Virus record (IMG/VR): IMGVR_UViG_3300034418_006779
Coordinates: 32,001 to 96,000 of that record
Direction: 5' to 3' (one strand)
Source of the DNA: a virus
DNA: 64,000 bases
Below are positions 32,301 to 38,036 of the stretch, in pieces. The translations under genes and the position numbers were made by a program. Position 1 is the stretch's first letter. Every line of letters starts with the position of its first letter. The notes beneath the pieces were generated by a model that did no database searches, was not told the origin of the DNA, and worked only from the letters and a program-made list of their open reading frames with translations.

Positions 32301-33137
32301 TATGATCCTGATTATACTATCAAAGCTAAAAGATCAGTATTGGGTAGGATGGTATCTATCTTTAATACGTGGTTGTTCGAAGCTGTACAGCAACGCTTCG
32401 GTAGAGTTAGAGATGACAAACAATTTGGATTCAAAAGGAAGGGTAGATACCATAGTGGTGTTGCAATGCCTTTCTTACCAGTAATGTTTGGATGGTCTAA
32501 TGAAACTGGAATGGGGGCTATACAACAGAGCTTATTTGCTACTAAATACCTCTGGAACCAACTTGGTAAATCTCTTAGTCTAGGTAAACTAGACATCAAC
32601 AAGCAGATTACCGGGCAGGAACTTTCCTTTGAGGAAGCAGGATTTAGTGAAGTAGACGCGGCAAATATGAGACGTAACATTCGTGATGCGCAATTCCAAC
32701 TTCTGTTGATAGCTATGTTCTATTGCTTCAAAGCAATGGCTACTGGAGACAAAGAAGAACGAGAGGAAGAGGGAATTCCTTCTCATGAGAAAGGATTTGG
32801 CAGTGAGTGGATGAATAATTACATGGCTAACATGTCATTAAGAATCTATAATGAATTGACGCTGTATAACAACCCAGTTCAAATCTTCTCATCGCCTCAG
32901 AATTTTGCAACGCTTGGTCGAACCTTAGCAGACTTCGGTCACTTGATTGACGCTACTTTCGCACAGTTTGGTGAAAAACCTAACTATGAACAAGGAGCAT
33001 TCAAAGGTGTGAATAAACTGTGGGTAAGATCTACAGGCATGATCCCAGGATCTACACCATTCACTTCAGCAATCAAGTCTGGACATCAGATATACGGAAC
33101 ACCAATATCATCTACATTGGGAACTCGTATGAGATAA
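14370..33137 (+). CDS. giant virion-packaged DNA-dependent RNA polymerase polyprotein (double-psi beta-barrel type)
   Basis: 6255 aa. DGQ (23796), QPMKPVY/YVKTS, RIPNQG (25224) and catalytic GSDFDVDKL (DFDVD at 25341-25355, aa 3658). Also carries PD-(D/E)XK, wHTH and HELGH zincin motifs. Confidence 0.92.
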   Translation: MAETTQNTNPVFDKILQQNRAQALHGASASKGLGTTLVDGPIYTGYDDPRMSLLTQSGWEQARRAIGGGLTLGALGAMKNTYQFAHDIGNFFETMFSSDKSMSDLLDMEQYSQSTIAKNLGEIIDEKREAFAIHKADPNDVFDWDDSGFYWQSVQGILDSAVQFALPGAGAVKAVGAIQKIPRLFSYFKKTEKLGQMLTASKSGQQIANSVGSGLLSNHIEGTSMASEIYNNTMKNFEKDIQKYRDSEGREGISLEEAKRRSAFSANSFREWNRLMFFTDAVQLHGLFKGKGFTRNLLDAKGFKESVGNLTKFNTKNPIYGFLKQGVTEAGEEIVQGISQRLHEDMAKGVDTPIGERLLDYVTDSELLYEGFLGFFGGGPQKIATQFAQEGDAVLTGKFFTKKYWNDKNAMYNQQQEIIKETNDYFKSELGRQMVGHNIAADAVIAGRPELGEIATNREFSRLATMHFEAGTTEVFEQHLDDIANNAEYRKENKYSDDDAANAKELLKELDRLEQQWMKTSRYAVDDKHQVRLFETNNIINSLEKLVGSQQEHIDKLTQNLNETIIDDAVEAANLKISNEKKDALRKILSIDEQGKLRAPVDELAEADLHPAHAKAVAEVFDTQSQVTDLKDQQAILDEMNSKLRDAKKDRANYNSFGYRKSYIEHKKRQEKRLKDKIKREEAAERKQRRADKKLKRAETSKKLKGKAKQLAKKGELKKEAKKIMDKAATKAKLAPENKKSEPLQTVDPATKQPVTPTQPTPNEYIGKERGTLLAERSKKEAVLSSSKPEEIMPVLDVLAEIGDALEELRAQPFQHSGKYEFAPPAHIKDALDEMINRSKRIILNEDTNEYELKDENGKVVRTYKRVSNVSNPDYDDSNKYAHHATQIGSALDLIARDFFSGNLKAWDTYLVADKFDKTKSYPVFKGKKEFEHYLHQLEDLKLVLKSKGQVIIDPGIVDGKTSEFKLADDENGVAGTVDLMTYDKEGNVYIYDLKSMRSNKLEGNDYYSRTHGRKKSDAETHQDQLSLYRILLANSTGLLAAELAVIPTVVGGYNPDGEVKVPSTVNILTKRFGPDVTSMVDFFVFMDPKDSVSGIELSPLRTFITTPPSTPIQVPPSTPQASEEEAEARADLAAVVGLTNKIDAELRKIDQDQEFHADAEEDLLEGLTKKEKEMLSKIRKKHSSFWVGSREELAKLVGTKQKKVDEFIEKLEQKGFLEFNDETVVLTLSDLPARFAARNGFSAIIEAAEDNFNGVIARIRKRLEKGEDYQVEFADLINFIQHQLEAVNSAISERQYDMYEMLYLHYVFVNKSRDFQKPQIPSYEEWLKQSIVPGADVKIDDQYDENTIDEVKNMSDFIKRFFELPDKKLGEQGTKAAVDKVAYLAREYFNEALTSEGFSAQEISDSLNEGKVHPDVFNRKKLLPGTKLKIKVNHNYTGVTKYHPELMGDLPTQETPQGRVVQWSDFIAKYPQGTLEYNMFVPLEIRTEDDRLIGWYHTVGFATKHTIKIKDGQTSDEAVEEAREAVIDARDIILNNLNSQGEFDAGGQLQIEETSIGQLLRPENKNRVRASEGIEEDLDIVVGRMTGQKASLRTGPSDKERVQQNRVHRMKGFKVIRGLTYLMFPVGTKEIKVGKKKTKRTVTTFAPVPLYKHKMGTTKANEEDQYSDIRSSIAKVIELFIDTSNENNMPLIREFEKQTGYNLRKWEHVKKYLEQFLYDRTIPAEYTEIIDFIKDSNLDDSKMVFALKFREDSNDKRAQLVLGSKLSADGSQFINLRRGDQFTEQHRALIEKHLKAMFFNTSLAAVKNNKPVFIIKKGKVEQIAKTYKEFVKSTSDVPFIGMKYTDENGETQHTYTAQRLLLMNSDSIMDYTAPETSATEAKQETVEQQRAKHELTYKPNRLKQKIDKYQFERIAKRLKELRSSDATLALYNQLVDVYRGIHDQIIIAKSHNVDVGNFISGDLETMVDPYMEEGLDVFTQEELTGLISYVQEYFAGTEKASLLDLIDYQNKIIRPAQDVAKAVETRHAYGIEFMDSLSYEAAKELSNLVSDMKKRYNENDEEIKPDDVGKLVMLMTKGLKTSISSANMTKLKTYLIDVIHDRAMSVEEIYTATESYTISPYGEEDIKAVEKEFKAEESTGAVSAVNPPSDEQEAADLAELDAIRAMFPNSDDESASLYGFTPAQQKFVDTHYVEGVDVLNQGAFIKNMLAELFDKVIYNPKGVKVKLEEYVPQLKYNTVNMRKDLRRKAAAIHEQIKSKYDADTYSMQQAAKDPDNAAQFSEILQLDARAKKLDLMIAGWDKIEGLLYERLTNTAGFKMSKDKSARKEVDLDTPAEHEGENVSSDEEMTESDFSKKKFDSLVGEVDPKASASPLLKMFLSTIPRSEIDPETGKAIGGFSWYKGTEYVDFDKVWGFLKETLANKWSDRKAMIEELENYTTSHPYVQHIIDLLQRDKTHAATLQPRILAELQNDPAYFTKYTNEQLEKMSWDRANYRVQKQMQLARQLIVAVRSTAINMYMVMAYSNLTGGDSYSRYKTIPANRNKVDKKVRDQWTINLKQTALYSPKSEFDATLYPNTSRIDALFNKYDNQYRKTLDHLVGFLSEIGVTLSDEVIADIIKWDGNIPLSGGEWVEAGELLSVLLSDKGLRPKMVNNLPLAASNPLNDGYIQSLSRLQAKHEQGLRPQSARINNKSIYEYTTTQFNADHLRELQEDGDMIANFSKSHFSAKSLWLQDSYDHTGGVMMIDEETGQPVSTGLGLHEMEFFTVSLNPYKEDWQTSSGNPVPLQDRNELQHELTKIAHFQEGFEGGSEFQTYEEGEPVRRRRTSLFYPTNSNKERATGFRGIKAIVSSFYGQENRIVLTDETLDVAMEQLVEPEFNRIVKIQSLIAAGDTPRIKAYAHGGQMFHFIPSLNNMEELWDEFGQLNTEALNDPKIQELVRDRVSKHLIKLGQKKYKFWKKAGIGATKEIETKSGNTIKKHFQGLDKFYMHKMFGANKNMTDQQRELAIQKAALDMEINYMIANANMYMLFIGDPALYFKPSMTKDLIKKYPDPIDFIRAYHSEVNDEYRINVVKDTFDNAGKRLAGDIAPGYELADTANPDFADDLEINYMFLGDVKIASVEKEYLKRLGLGDAYDGLEGADGQEYTHWSEHLKILYHLGRLTDDDYERITDKLDRGEDLNDSDLKTVLQPMKPVYVNNRWDEGLSTYIRTYVKTSAFPLLPQLTRDLEIDKLTQFLEERYQDPEALTIHRVPMMSGTKVGGFSDAVEFMNADGTFKTSEELAEAGAFNQDLHVITVPRQGFRIQQDVPYKEDKDEINRVSQAAKLLVVNMMGQKGFEPKRFIIDNRIYDLVPSIREFFIDDEGNEIDHDFSGEDMNKIYNAIFKYLYEEDMRGFVNEFMEENGEDLDWNKVKDVIRDEAIARNYPPTMVDAIDMFDDVAFLKFSPYALQFQALLNSIVNNRVLKKTMPGHSYVLGSEEGFRIQEGLTEDNLKNTEIIYTGSFNGKYLQPARYLTVENANEKEIADARKENRILKEEKDGVEVEYIVTEKGKKIMRGDQVFVAPRFKIEDKNGKERYIDLRETYSDGTYKWLNKDKNGRLTLKKSKFSKQALEMFGMRIPNQGPNSTAYIEIAGFLPKKMGDLIIAPRDFTARMGSDFDVDKLYCYQYYYSVNKSGKIVAYKGKNDKKRLKNALVNVHMTITSNPDENVQKAISTPLNEWRLGEIGNTILGFREKRFSERDPETGEVIPANESFSGISSEYQRTKYLNARAGKIGVGVFSQDSVFNAMLQQHRVTLMRQQTDDSWDDHFEKFGDQDSKLMYTTDTTDGTLTKMEVISAWQSAAVDDETLQILYKLNVNSTTMPVVRYMNQIGFVEETPWFLTQDAMFDYLDFLNQGMKRADAVSAVFKKYNIKFPDEAEKLKEFKNDLYEEANEIGLDKLKHMVENGPDSDDYTPEEYARIQGALFYKFLDFTKKGEDIGDLQRRLGRDTKTVGKNLIETLEILKPAENKSKMYKMANEEKLFNETIPGWIYMNALPLALKFDDIFQVQSPLIEEVYSFLDDAVRWTLPNDTREKIYKHMISYFFSLPKFGMFDGDVVSARERLFFDSRVTNGMLWDRMIEQQLQGLRDKISSRFVVGETTDNQAIEYVAASDTYIISSALDLNAVTSMMDRAAIFDEKSTKNSFIIKHWNKPTKKERNKAVNTDGKKGRLESTFNSDPTQLQKFVVAAKIYSLANQSEKIEAAHFKYALNNFIKLAQARDVNPVNNMSLASIFSNIMSHDYVRNNPFLIGMTADINEQGISKLTFNATEGTLMNERVYSEAFLNLFNDVRQPVLGVFNGIRYTPKLLGQELIKYAMLSGAKQEAIEFTKYIPPSILYNLPLASPDGRTIGDEVSNASLRDLDMFQNFKYQFLQHMSEHLIKVSSYSMDLDNYVKKGKKFNHKEDLLPAVIDKSRINFKDNNIKTEEGEFFIPHAFVTEEVATKKMVVYVSNRNNKYHKVDSLGVFGMREYDPSKQFAASTVNHAANTTTHVNFADNYSDDLVKWEKAQVLKPMEVEEFERLIDANLMSETATPSMAEVITATKKYTKFDFEKSMLETYAQMAILTGVEFSVNQPVEGTSRYDNETYYDPASNRVNINKDTLDKVTEILGSKGEAFKYLLMHELGHAFTKMFIHKHPSHRLTIQIKQLQQEFVRNLDKESDAWKELVEENAYIENTLTDIHEFIAYAMSDNKFQKVLAGMKRKNESMLNKFFRLIKGIIGDLARMLGVKINDTLLEITLTNVMQMQSLYAASVSDVDPDTGVSAFEQLTEGSNAGIVIYEMDGKMYEFTLDGVGVPISYRRGTDLTNLQSPRSYTGDRLVAKTKELYYDALKDGAMILGKTTESTQMSSEISKRPSIEETIAAMDRAGRIERDSEGNLTDVKALNGKSSKLFHSLTEIVPDAEQALREYANVTAYKGDWDQLELDSNGEPDLVELNDMDDVSFFAASSKGNKGGAVTYQFFIDSFNRRKIKLEREMNVLSKERDHHATAIDRKAFIELRVRQIQQAINILNGRIELLRPLTKIRSLKTELNKDVTILENLIGANKNPTLHDLELAREIIEFWKVVGNYSGEEHPFFDESELISIREQKPPKGKRMNAMQQERTKQTLDRAISNMQTYQGILLSRYKDIIDDRNKKTYGADHDINWNDFIKDVSGVEAQFLDISQTDNEVLHLLGEAVKDANWRAKVESNKIVAEVDEMLDKLRDWASTRDVSLNEAFESLAQTFSNDHDERTGNLVEFATYEWRKELLRKRRWAQRQGTIDARSAAEFSRFGTTGFETENVQIFDDSRYRVEQAYRDKMNDLFGEEVAQDLSNQARALRGEFRRAKDGFIRFLDGLTLTTEQRDLRMKMWEFENDPEVHRNILKHGYVNTIKANQIAKIKTGKKFKLRNEKNFLPIVSGKFVLTVPKSADHVDKNFKRLYKPENKPLLDMYKYAIDKINEINDYLPAYKTRNLQENTLPYMLQTHINEFWHDRKNHGMIHASKAIWDRFLVETRQSNFDEESFRMKDPNGQLSDEIQVRYIRGRKKIDDHIDFKVTEWLVNQGDRKKDDAYKKDLQEVRAAAEREIINKLSEKQSFDLGQVLKAYAIFGLNYKHKAATEDLVRAVGYVVDKSDEAPTLDGSAAPAGGRMRNIKTMVDSYKDSFFNYRPIDKNFVSKKKEVLTQDEKKEREEIKGLIDTLKDDIVQMGADMKNDKLTKKEKRALKNKIDDYEDRISRLEDQYARIGGKFKSASYIDLLLRYTRLKGMAWNVPAAFSNIAFGLVAGMNQAADGRVYGDNEYFTALSIALNGVGRNWSFGKKTILHKADVSEKIRNAMDHLDILKETKYEIFSKSKEGTRKWDDKIKFLDPYNPQARSEYFVQSIDLIATALATKVTLADGTETNLWHAMDNNLNVPVGATITTDAARDNITVTEDNQLDAQFYLKQRADKVIRENHGNYDPDYTIKAKRSVLGRMVSIFNTWLFEAVQQRFGRVRDDKQFGFKRKGRYHSGVAMPFLPVMFGWSNETGMGAIQQSLFATKYLWNQLGKSLSLGKLDINKQITGQELSFEEAGFSEVDAANMRRNIRDAQFQLLLIAMFYCFKAMATGDKEEREEEGIPSHEKGFGSEWMNNYMANMSLRIYNELTLYNNPVQIFSSPQNFATLGRTLADFGHLIDATFAQFGEKPNYEQGAFKGVNKLWVRSTGMIPGSTPFTSAIKSGHQIYGTPISSTLGTRMR

Positions 33138-33154
33138 TCAAGATAGCTTGTAGG

Positions 33155-33205
33155 TAAAAAAAAGCCTAAGCAGTCTAAACAGATGTATAAAAAAAAGCCT
33201 AAGCA
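33155..33205. repeat. 18-bp direct repeat TAAAAAAAAGCCTAAGCA (33155-33172, 33188-33205)
   Basis: Exact duplication seen; the second copy is the left arm of the terminator. Confidence 0.9.
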
Positions 33206-33238
33206 TCCCGTAAGGGGTGCCTAGGCTTTCTTGTTTTT
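33189..33238. terminator. bidirectional intrinsic terminator between convergent late and early blocks
   Basis: A8-GCCTAAGCATCCC-GTAA-GGGGTGCCTAGGC-TTTCTTGTTTTT at the strand switch. Confidence 0.9.
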
Positions 33239-33250
33239 AAACCGTTAGGT

Positions 33251-33685
33251 TTAGAGCTCGATCAGTCTAAGAATATCTGTCTTAGTCTGTCGCTCATGTA
33301 CTTGAACTAGTTGTGCAAAGTTGATATCAACATCAACACTCATTTCTTCGGTTCCTTTCTGGACAATAACACGGACTTCCTCTTGGTCAGGTAGTCGGTG
33401 AATGCGATAGCTGCTACCTTTATGAGAAAAAGAGTACAGACCACCATGAATAGCTTCATTATATGAAACTTCAATGTTATCATCGTCAACGATGTTAAGG
33501 AGTTTGTTAAGGGTTGATTCAACAGTTACAGGGGTTGATGTTAGTTCTGACATATGTAAAAATATTTTAGGTGCGGGGGCCTGACTCGAACAGACGGTCT
33601 CTGGGTCTGAGACCCAGCGAGATACACCAACTTCTCTACCCCGCAGGAGGAGCTCAGATGTCATCAACCTGATATGGTGATTCAA
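33251..33685 (-). CDS. hypothetical protein
   Basis: 144-aa ORF in the tightly packed - strand block. Confidence 0.65.
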   Translation of the reverse strand: MNHHIRLMTSELLLRGREVGVSRWVSDPETVCSSQAPAPKIFLHMSELTSTPVTVESTLNKLLNIVDDDNIEVSYNEAIHGGLYSFSHKGSSYRIHRLPDQEEVRVIVQKGTEEMSVDVDINFAQLVQVHERQTKTDILRLIEL

Positions 33686-34859
33686 TCCAATGGGATTTGG
33701 GAATCACCCATCTGAGCTTTGCTTTACTAGTCTTCCTGTTTTCCTTGTATTGCTCATGAGTATAAGCACCGGCAGGAGGCATGTGTATGACCGAGTCATA
33801 TTTCCTCGGTATTTTTTTCTTGTTTGTGTCCTTCACAAACTTACGGTAGCGTCTATTAGATGGAGCAATTGCTTTCTTGAATGGGATAGTCTTGACATAC
33901 ACTTCCACATCAAGATGATATGTTCCGGGCATATCTCTGTACTCTGGTATGAGCTCCTTGTCTATCCACTCAACAACGACTCTCTGATTAAAGTCTGCTA
34001 AGATAGCTTCGTGGTTTTTCTTCTTGTGCCAACTAGGAAAGTCAAAATATTTCTCCTCAGAGAATATCAACCTCTCGTTGTCATACACATTAGCCACTAC
34101 TTTATTCCAATTTTGCCAACCGATATATATTTCATCGAACTCTCGTTTGGATGAATAAATGTCGATCTCAAATCCATTATACTCAATGTGATCTGCCCAA
34201 CACTTATGTATACCCATATTCTTACTCTCCTCATCAATGTATCTTTTAAACATGATGAAGATACTTCTACCCATTACTCTTGATCGCTTTCTACAGCGAT
34301 AGGCAATGGGATGGAGTATACCATCGTCATCCTCTGCGTACAGACGTCCGTGACTAATTTGCTTAGTCCCTTCCTCGAGTTCAATGGTTTGAGTAAAGTT
34401 ATTTACATGGTTTAAACGAAAGCTCCAAACGCTACGAGCTTCTACCTTCTTATTAATCTGAATAATGACTTCTCTGCTGAGAATAAACCCAGCGTCTTCA
34501 TGATTAACAAAGGGAGTAGGTACTCTACTTTCAAATTGTAATGTTTTAGGTAAAAAGAATGAAATGTCTCCTTCGACAAGGTTCTCTACTACTTGTGAGC
34601 TAGTATAGCCTCCAGCATTAGCGATTTGAATGTCGATAGGAACGAGCTGGTCAATATCATATGCTTTTTCACACGCTGTGAGGTAATCCTCTAGCTGCTT
34701 AAACATCTCGACTGCTTCCGCTCGATCTTCTCCAAGTCGTAGAGTTATTTTATCTGCCAACTTGAGCAGATCTTCTAAGTCCGCAAACTTGGACAAGTCT
34801 AGTTCACTATCGAAGCCGAAGAACACGGCTTCATAGCTAAGTTGTGGAGTAATACTCAT
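33654..34859 (-). CDS. hypothetical protein
   Basis: 401-aa ORF, no motif recognised. Confidence 0.8.
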   Translation of the reverse strand: MSITPQLSYEAVFFGFDSELDLSKFADLEDLLKLADKITLRLGEDRAEAVEMFKQLEDYLTACEKAYDIDQLVPIDIQIANAGGYTSSQVVENLVEGDISFFLPKTLQFESRVPTPFVNHEDAGFILSREVIIQINKKVEARSVWSFRLNHVNNFTQTIELEEGTKQISHGRLYAEDDDGILHPIAYRCRKRSRVMGRSIFIMFKRYIDEESKNMGIHKCWADHIEYNGFEIDIYSSKREFDEIYIGWQNWNKVVANVYDNERLIFSEEKYFDFPSWHKKKNHEAILADFNQRVVVEWIDKELIPEYRDMPGTYHLDVEVYVKTIPFKKAIAPSNRRYRKFVKDTNKKKIPRKYDSVIHMPPAGAYTHEQYKENRKTSKAKLRWVIPKSHWIESPYQVDDI

Positions 34860-35367
34860 CTTCAGGAGTTATTCTAGAGTCAAGCTCTTTAATCATCTCA
34901 TTAAATTTATCATACTCACTAGCGTATGTACGCTTGTCCACAATAAATGATTCGATTAGAGTTCTTTTGAATTCTTGATTGATAGTCATTACATCTATGA
35001 TGTGACCATCATGCCAGTATAGTTGAAATACTCTAGTACATATTTTACTGTACTCTGACCTTATAAAGGCTGATACATCAACAAACTCTGGTAATTCGCA
35101 AGTAACAAAAAGCCTACCCTTACTGTACTTAATTGATTTAACAAAGATGGATTTTTTTAGGTCTGCTATTGGCACATATAATGGTGCCACCATAAGAATT
35201 CCATTCTCTATTGGTCCGTCTAATCCTTCTTGGACATAGTCAATACCTAAATAGAATTGAATAGAATCTCTGTAAGTGTCTATAATATTTCTCATAGACT
35301 CGTCAGTCTTCAGGAACGGAGCTAGATAGCTCGCGGTTCTGTTTTTCTTTAAGGGTTTTAAGTTCAC
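34837..35367 (-). CDS. hypothetical protein
   Basis: 176-aa ORF overlapping both neighbours. Confidence 0.75.
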   Translation of the reverse strand: MNLKPLKKNRTASYLAPFLKTDESMRNIIDTYRDSIQFYLGIDYVQEGLDGPIENGILMVAPLYVPIADLKKSIFVKSIKYSKGRLFVTCELPEFVDVSAFIRSEYSKICTRVFQLYWHDGHIIDVMTINQEFKRTLIESFIVDKRTYASEYDKFNEMIKELDSRITPEDEYYSTT

Positions 35368-35701
35368 TGATGATATCGAAGTAGTGATCTTCAGGCATCA
35401 CTACCAGTTTAGTTGACTTTCTCCTCCCATCTTTGGTATGAAATATCACGATGGGTAAATCCGCATATTCAGTTTTTTTCGTCAGCTTTTCCATATCTTC
35501 AATTAACTTACTATATGATAGTCCTCGGTGTGCTCCGTATTTACATTGCACACGGTAGGGTATATTCATTAGATCAAGCTTACAATTATCTAGAAAGCGT
35601 GATCCGTTTCGCGTCGTTAGACATGAGTCATAACCTAGATCTTTGAAGCGCTTCATTATACGCCTCTCAAAGTTATGACCTCGGGTTCTTTGGTTTGCCA
35701 T
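35303..35701 (-). CDS. Holliday junction resolvase (Hjc-like PD-(D/E)XK)
   Basis: RTRGHNFERRIMKRFKDLGY...LDL...VQCK. Confidence 0.8.
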   Translation of the reverse strand: MANQRTRGHNFERRIMKRFKDLGYDSCLTTRNGSRFLDNCKLDLMNIPYRVQCKYGAHRGLSYSKLIEDMEKLTKKTEYADLPIVIFHTKDGRRKSTKLVVMPEDHYFDIISELKTLKEKQNRELSSSVPED

Positions 35702-35718
35702 ACCGTAAGGTACGACAT

Positions 35719-36051
35719 TTATTCTATAGAGTCAAGGATCTTTTTGAGCCGTCTCTCATAGACTTTATCTTCTAGAGATTCAGTAATGAATTTAAGCATC
35801 ATGTTTGCCTTACCGGCATCGAAGGTGTCTAGCCATTCGTCAACAATCCTTGCTTGTTCCTCCGTAGAGAATTCTGAACAAAGTAACTCAACCATTCCTT
35901 TGATCGAAGATCCCTTACCATACTTGTGATTCCAAGCACGAAAGATCAATCTAGGAACCATCGAACGGAAGATAGGGTTTTGAATCCATCTCTTGATTAC
36001 TCCTTTCTGAAACCTCTCGGGGTCGAATAGAAATGATTTAGGTTTTTTCAT
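35719..36051 (-). CDS. hypothetical protein
   Basis: ATG at 36051, downstream of a terminator hairpin. Confidence 0.65.
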   Translation of the reverse strand: MKKPKSFLFDPERFQKGVIKRWIQNPIFRSMVPRLIFRAWNHKYGKGSSIKGMVELLCSEFSTEEQARIVDEWLDTFDAGKANMMLKFITESLEDKVYERRLKKILDSIE

Positions 36052-36081
36052 AGAAAGATGGGGGTCCGAAGACCCCCTTTT
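36052..36081 (-). terminator. intrinsic terminator-like hairpin (cUUCGg loop)
   Basis: GGGGGTC-TTCG-GACCCCC-ATCTTT on the - strand. Confidence 0.65.
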
Positions 36082-36094
36082 CAATATTCAGAAG

Positions 36095-36634
36095 TTAGGC
36101 AGCAGCCACAAATTTGTTCACCAATTTCTTGGCCTCAGCTTTGTCGCTGAAAGCCTTGGTGATTTCCTCATCCGTCGGCAAAGCCTTGCCATGATTGATA
36201 TGGTTCATCGCCATAGCAATCTGAGCACGAAGCTGTGCTCGATAAAGCTGCTCATTCTCTTCAGGAATAAGCTGCTCAGGCAAAGACTTATAGTCTATCT
36301 CGTCATCCCAGGATGAGGTGTAGACTCCGGGTGCGCCAAGAGCATCTAACGTATTGTCAGAATTACTCCAGGTATTCAAGGTCACATAGACATCCAAAGC
36401 TTTCACAATGGTGTCATTTTCAGGCTTGTACTGGCCATTACAGTCAGAGTCACGATAGAATCGTGAAGTAATGCCGGAACAATCGTCATTTTGTTTTGAG
36501 CGGTAAAGGCTCATGTCCAATACGTATGGACGCAGCGGACTCTCATTGGAGTACGCCGATTTATCGCGTGTGTTTCTGTTGAAAGAAACACTAGTGATAT
36601 TTATGATTCGGTTTTGATTTTTCTGAGTTTGCAT
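36095..36634 (-). CDS. hypothetical protein (ends VAAA)
   Basis: 179-aa ORF with an A-rich leader. Confidence 0.75.
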   Translation of the reverse strand: MQTQKNQNRIINITSVSFNRNTRDKSAYSNESPLRPYVLDMSLYRSKQNDDCSGITSRFYRDSDCNGQYKPENDTIVKALDVYVTLNTWSNSDNTLDALGAPGVYTSSWDDEIDYKSLPEQLIPEENEQLYRAQLRAQIAMAMNHINHGKALPTDEEITKAFSDKAEAKKLVNKFVAAA

Positions 36635-36674
36635 AATTTTCTACTTAAAAAAGTTTGATAGGTTTAAGAACGGT

Positions 36675-36872
36675 TTATCCTGTAACGACGGAAAAGCCGA
36701 GCGGATGCTCTTTGTAGAGCTCATCCTCCACTGAGATGTACCTGACTGGTTCACCATCATCTCCTATGCCGATATTCACTAGGAATACGTCTTGGGAAAG
36801 TGGGGAGCTCGCCTCGCAACGAGGCATTGGGAATGACAGATCGTCATTCAGATAAGTAAATCGTTTATCCAT
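36675..36872 (-). CDS. hypothetical protein
   Basis: 65-aa ORF overlapping the ung stop. Confidence 0.55.
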   Translation of the reverse strand: MDKRFTYLNDDLSFPMPRCEASSPLSQDVFLVNIGIGDDGEPVRYISVEDELYKEHPLGFSVVTG

Positions 36873-37570
36873 TGTATTTTTTCTTCTTCTGGTAATTGTT
36901 GGTTTATCTTCTTAAAATGTTCGGTTCCATAAAAGCCTCCTTTACCCCCTCTATATATCTCGTTCATCGGATGGGGGGACTCTAAGATTGCTTTAGATTG
37001 TGATATGTTTTTCTTGTAGCTCTTGGCATAGTTGCCCCAGAGCACCCATATCAAATCAGGTTTCTCTTCGCTGAGTTTTGTTATCAGATCAAGAGTAAAG
37101 TTTTTCCAGTGATCTAGGTGAGATCCTGCTGCTTTCTCCTGTACTGTCAGCGCTGTGTTTAGTAATAATACTCCTTGTCCAGGTAGATGCTCCCAATTTC
37201 CCGCTGAAGGGTGTTTAACGAGCTCCTCAAAGCGTTCTTCTTGCCCTGCGTTAGTCAGCATCTCCTTTAAAATAACGCGCATAGAGGGCGTCATAAAGGT
37301 CTCTGGGAGGCTGAAGCAAAGGCCTTGTGCTACATCAGGTGTAGGGTAAGGGTCTTGACCAAGAATAATTACTTTAGTATTATCAAAATCGCATTCTTCA
37401 AATGCACGAAATCTCTTTTCTTTTGTTGGGTAAGATTCAATCCCAAGTTCCCGAGCTTCTGCAATCTTATTGCTTAACGCAACTAGATCTTCCTTATTGT
37501 CCTCAATTATAGGGTATAAAAAATCAGCCCACCTCTCTGAGGTACGCTGTTGCAATTGCTCTTTTGTCAT
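36848..37570 (-). CDS. ung: uracil-DNA glycosylase family 1
   Basis: KVIILGQDPY, GLCFS, QGVLLLNTALTV, LWGNYA and SPHP motifs. Confidence 0.95.
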   Translation of the reverse strand: MTKEQLQQRTSERWADFLYPIIEDNKEDLVALSNKIAEARELGIESYPTKEKRFRAFEECDFDNTKVIILGQDPYPTPDVAQGLCFSLPETFMTPSMRVILKEMLTNAGQEERFEELVKHPSAGNWEHLPGQGVLLLNTALTVQEKAAGSHLDHWKNFTLDLITKLSEEKPDLIWVLWGNYAKSYKKNISQSKAILESPHPMNEIYRGGKGGFYGTEHFKKINQQLPEEEKIQWINDLLI

Positions 37571-37577
37571 GTAAAAG

Positions 37578-38036
37578 TTAGTTTGAAGAATTCACTTTTT
37601 TGATTAGGTATGCTCGATCTTCATCATTTAAGTTGGGTAAACTTTTGATAGTTCGTTCATACATTGCTTTGGTATTTTCGATTTGCTTCTTCTTTCGCTC
37701 ACGTTCGTAATCAGCTTTTAAATCCGCCAGGATATGTTTGTCAATGATTCCAAACTCAATCAAGTCATTTATATAATATGTATTAGCTAATGAGCTAACA
37801 CAGAATTGTTGTCCAGATTCATTGGACTCCAATAGATCATATGGATAGTTAGAATCATACTCTATATAATCATCGCTTCCATAATGACATCGATTAAGTA
37901 AGACAAATTCATCATTGCGTTCGAACAATGCAGCAAAATCGGTACCATCCTCTAGTACTTTGACTAGTTGCATTCCTGCTACATCATCAAAGTCAGTAGT
38001 ACTTGTGAGTTTTTTTCTAAACAAATTCATAGCCAT
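37578..38036 (-). CDS. hypothetical protein
   Basis: 152-aa ORF. Confidence 0.7.
   Translation of the reverse strand: MAMNLFRKKLTSTTDFDDVAGMQLVKVLEDGTDFAALFERNDEFVLLNRCHYGSDDYIEYDSNYPYDLLESNESGQQFCVSSLANTYYINDLIEFGIIDKHILADLKADYERERKKKQIENTKAMYERTIKSLPNLNDEDRAYLIKKVNSSN

Noticed and set aside
15641-32786. Many short ORFs antisense or out of frame within the giant gene
   Set aside because: Shadow ORFs with no motifs, typical of the reverse strand of a long coding sequence.
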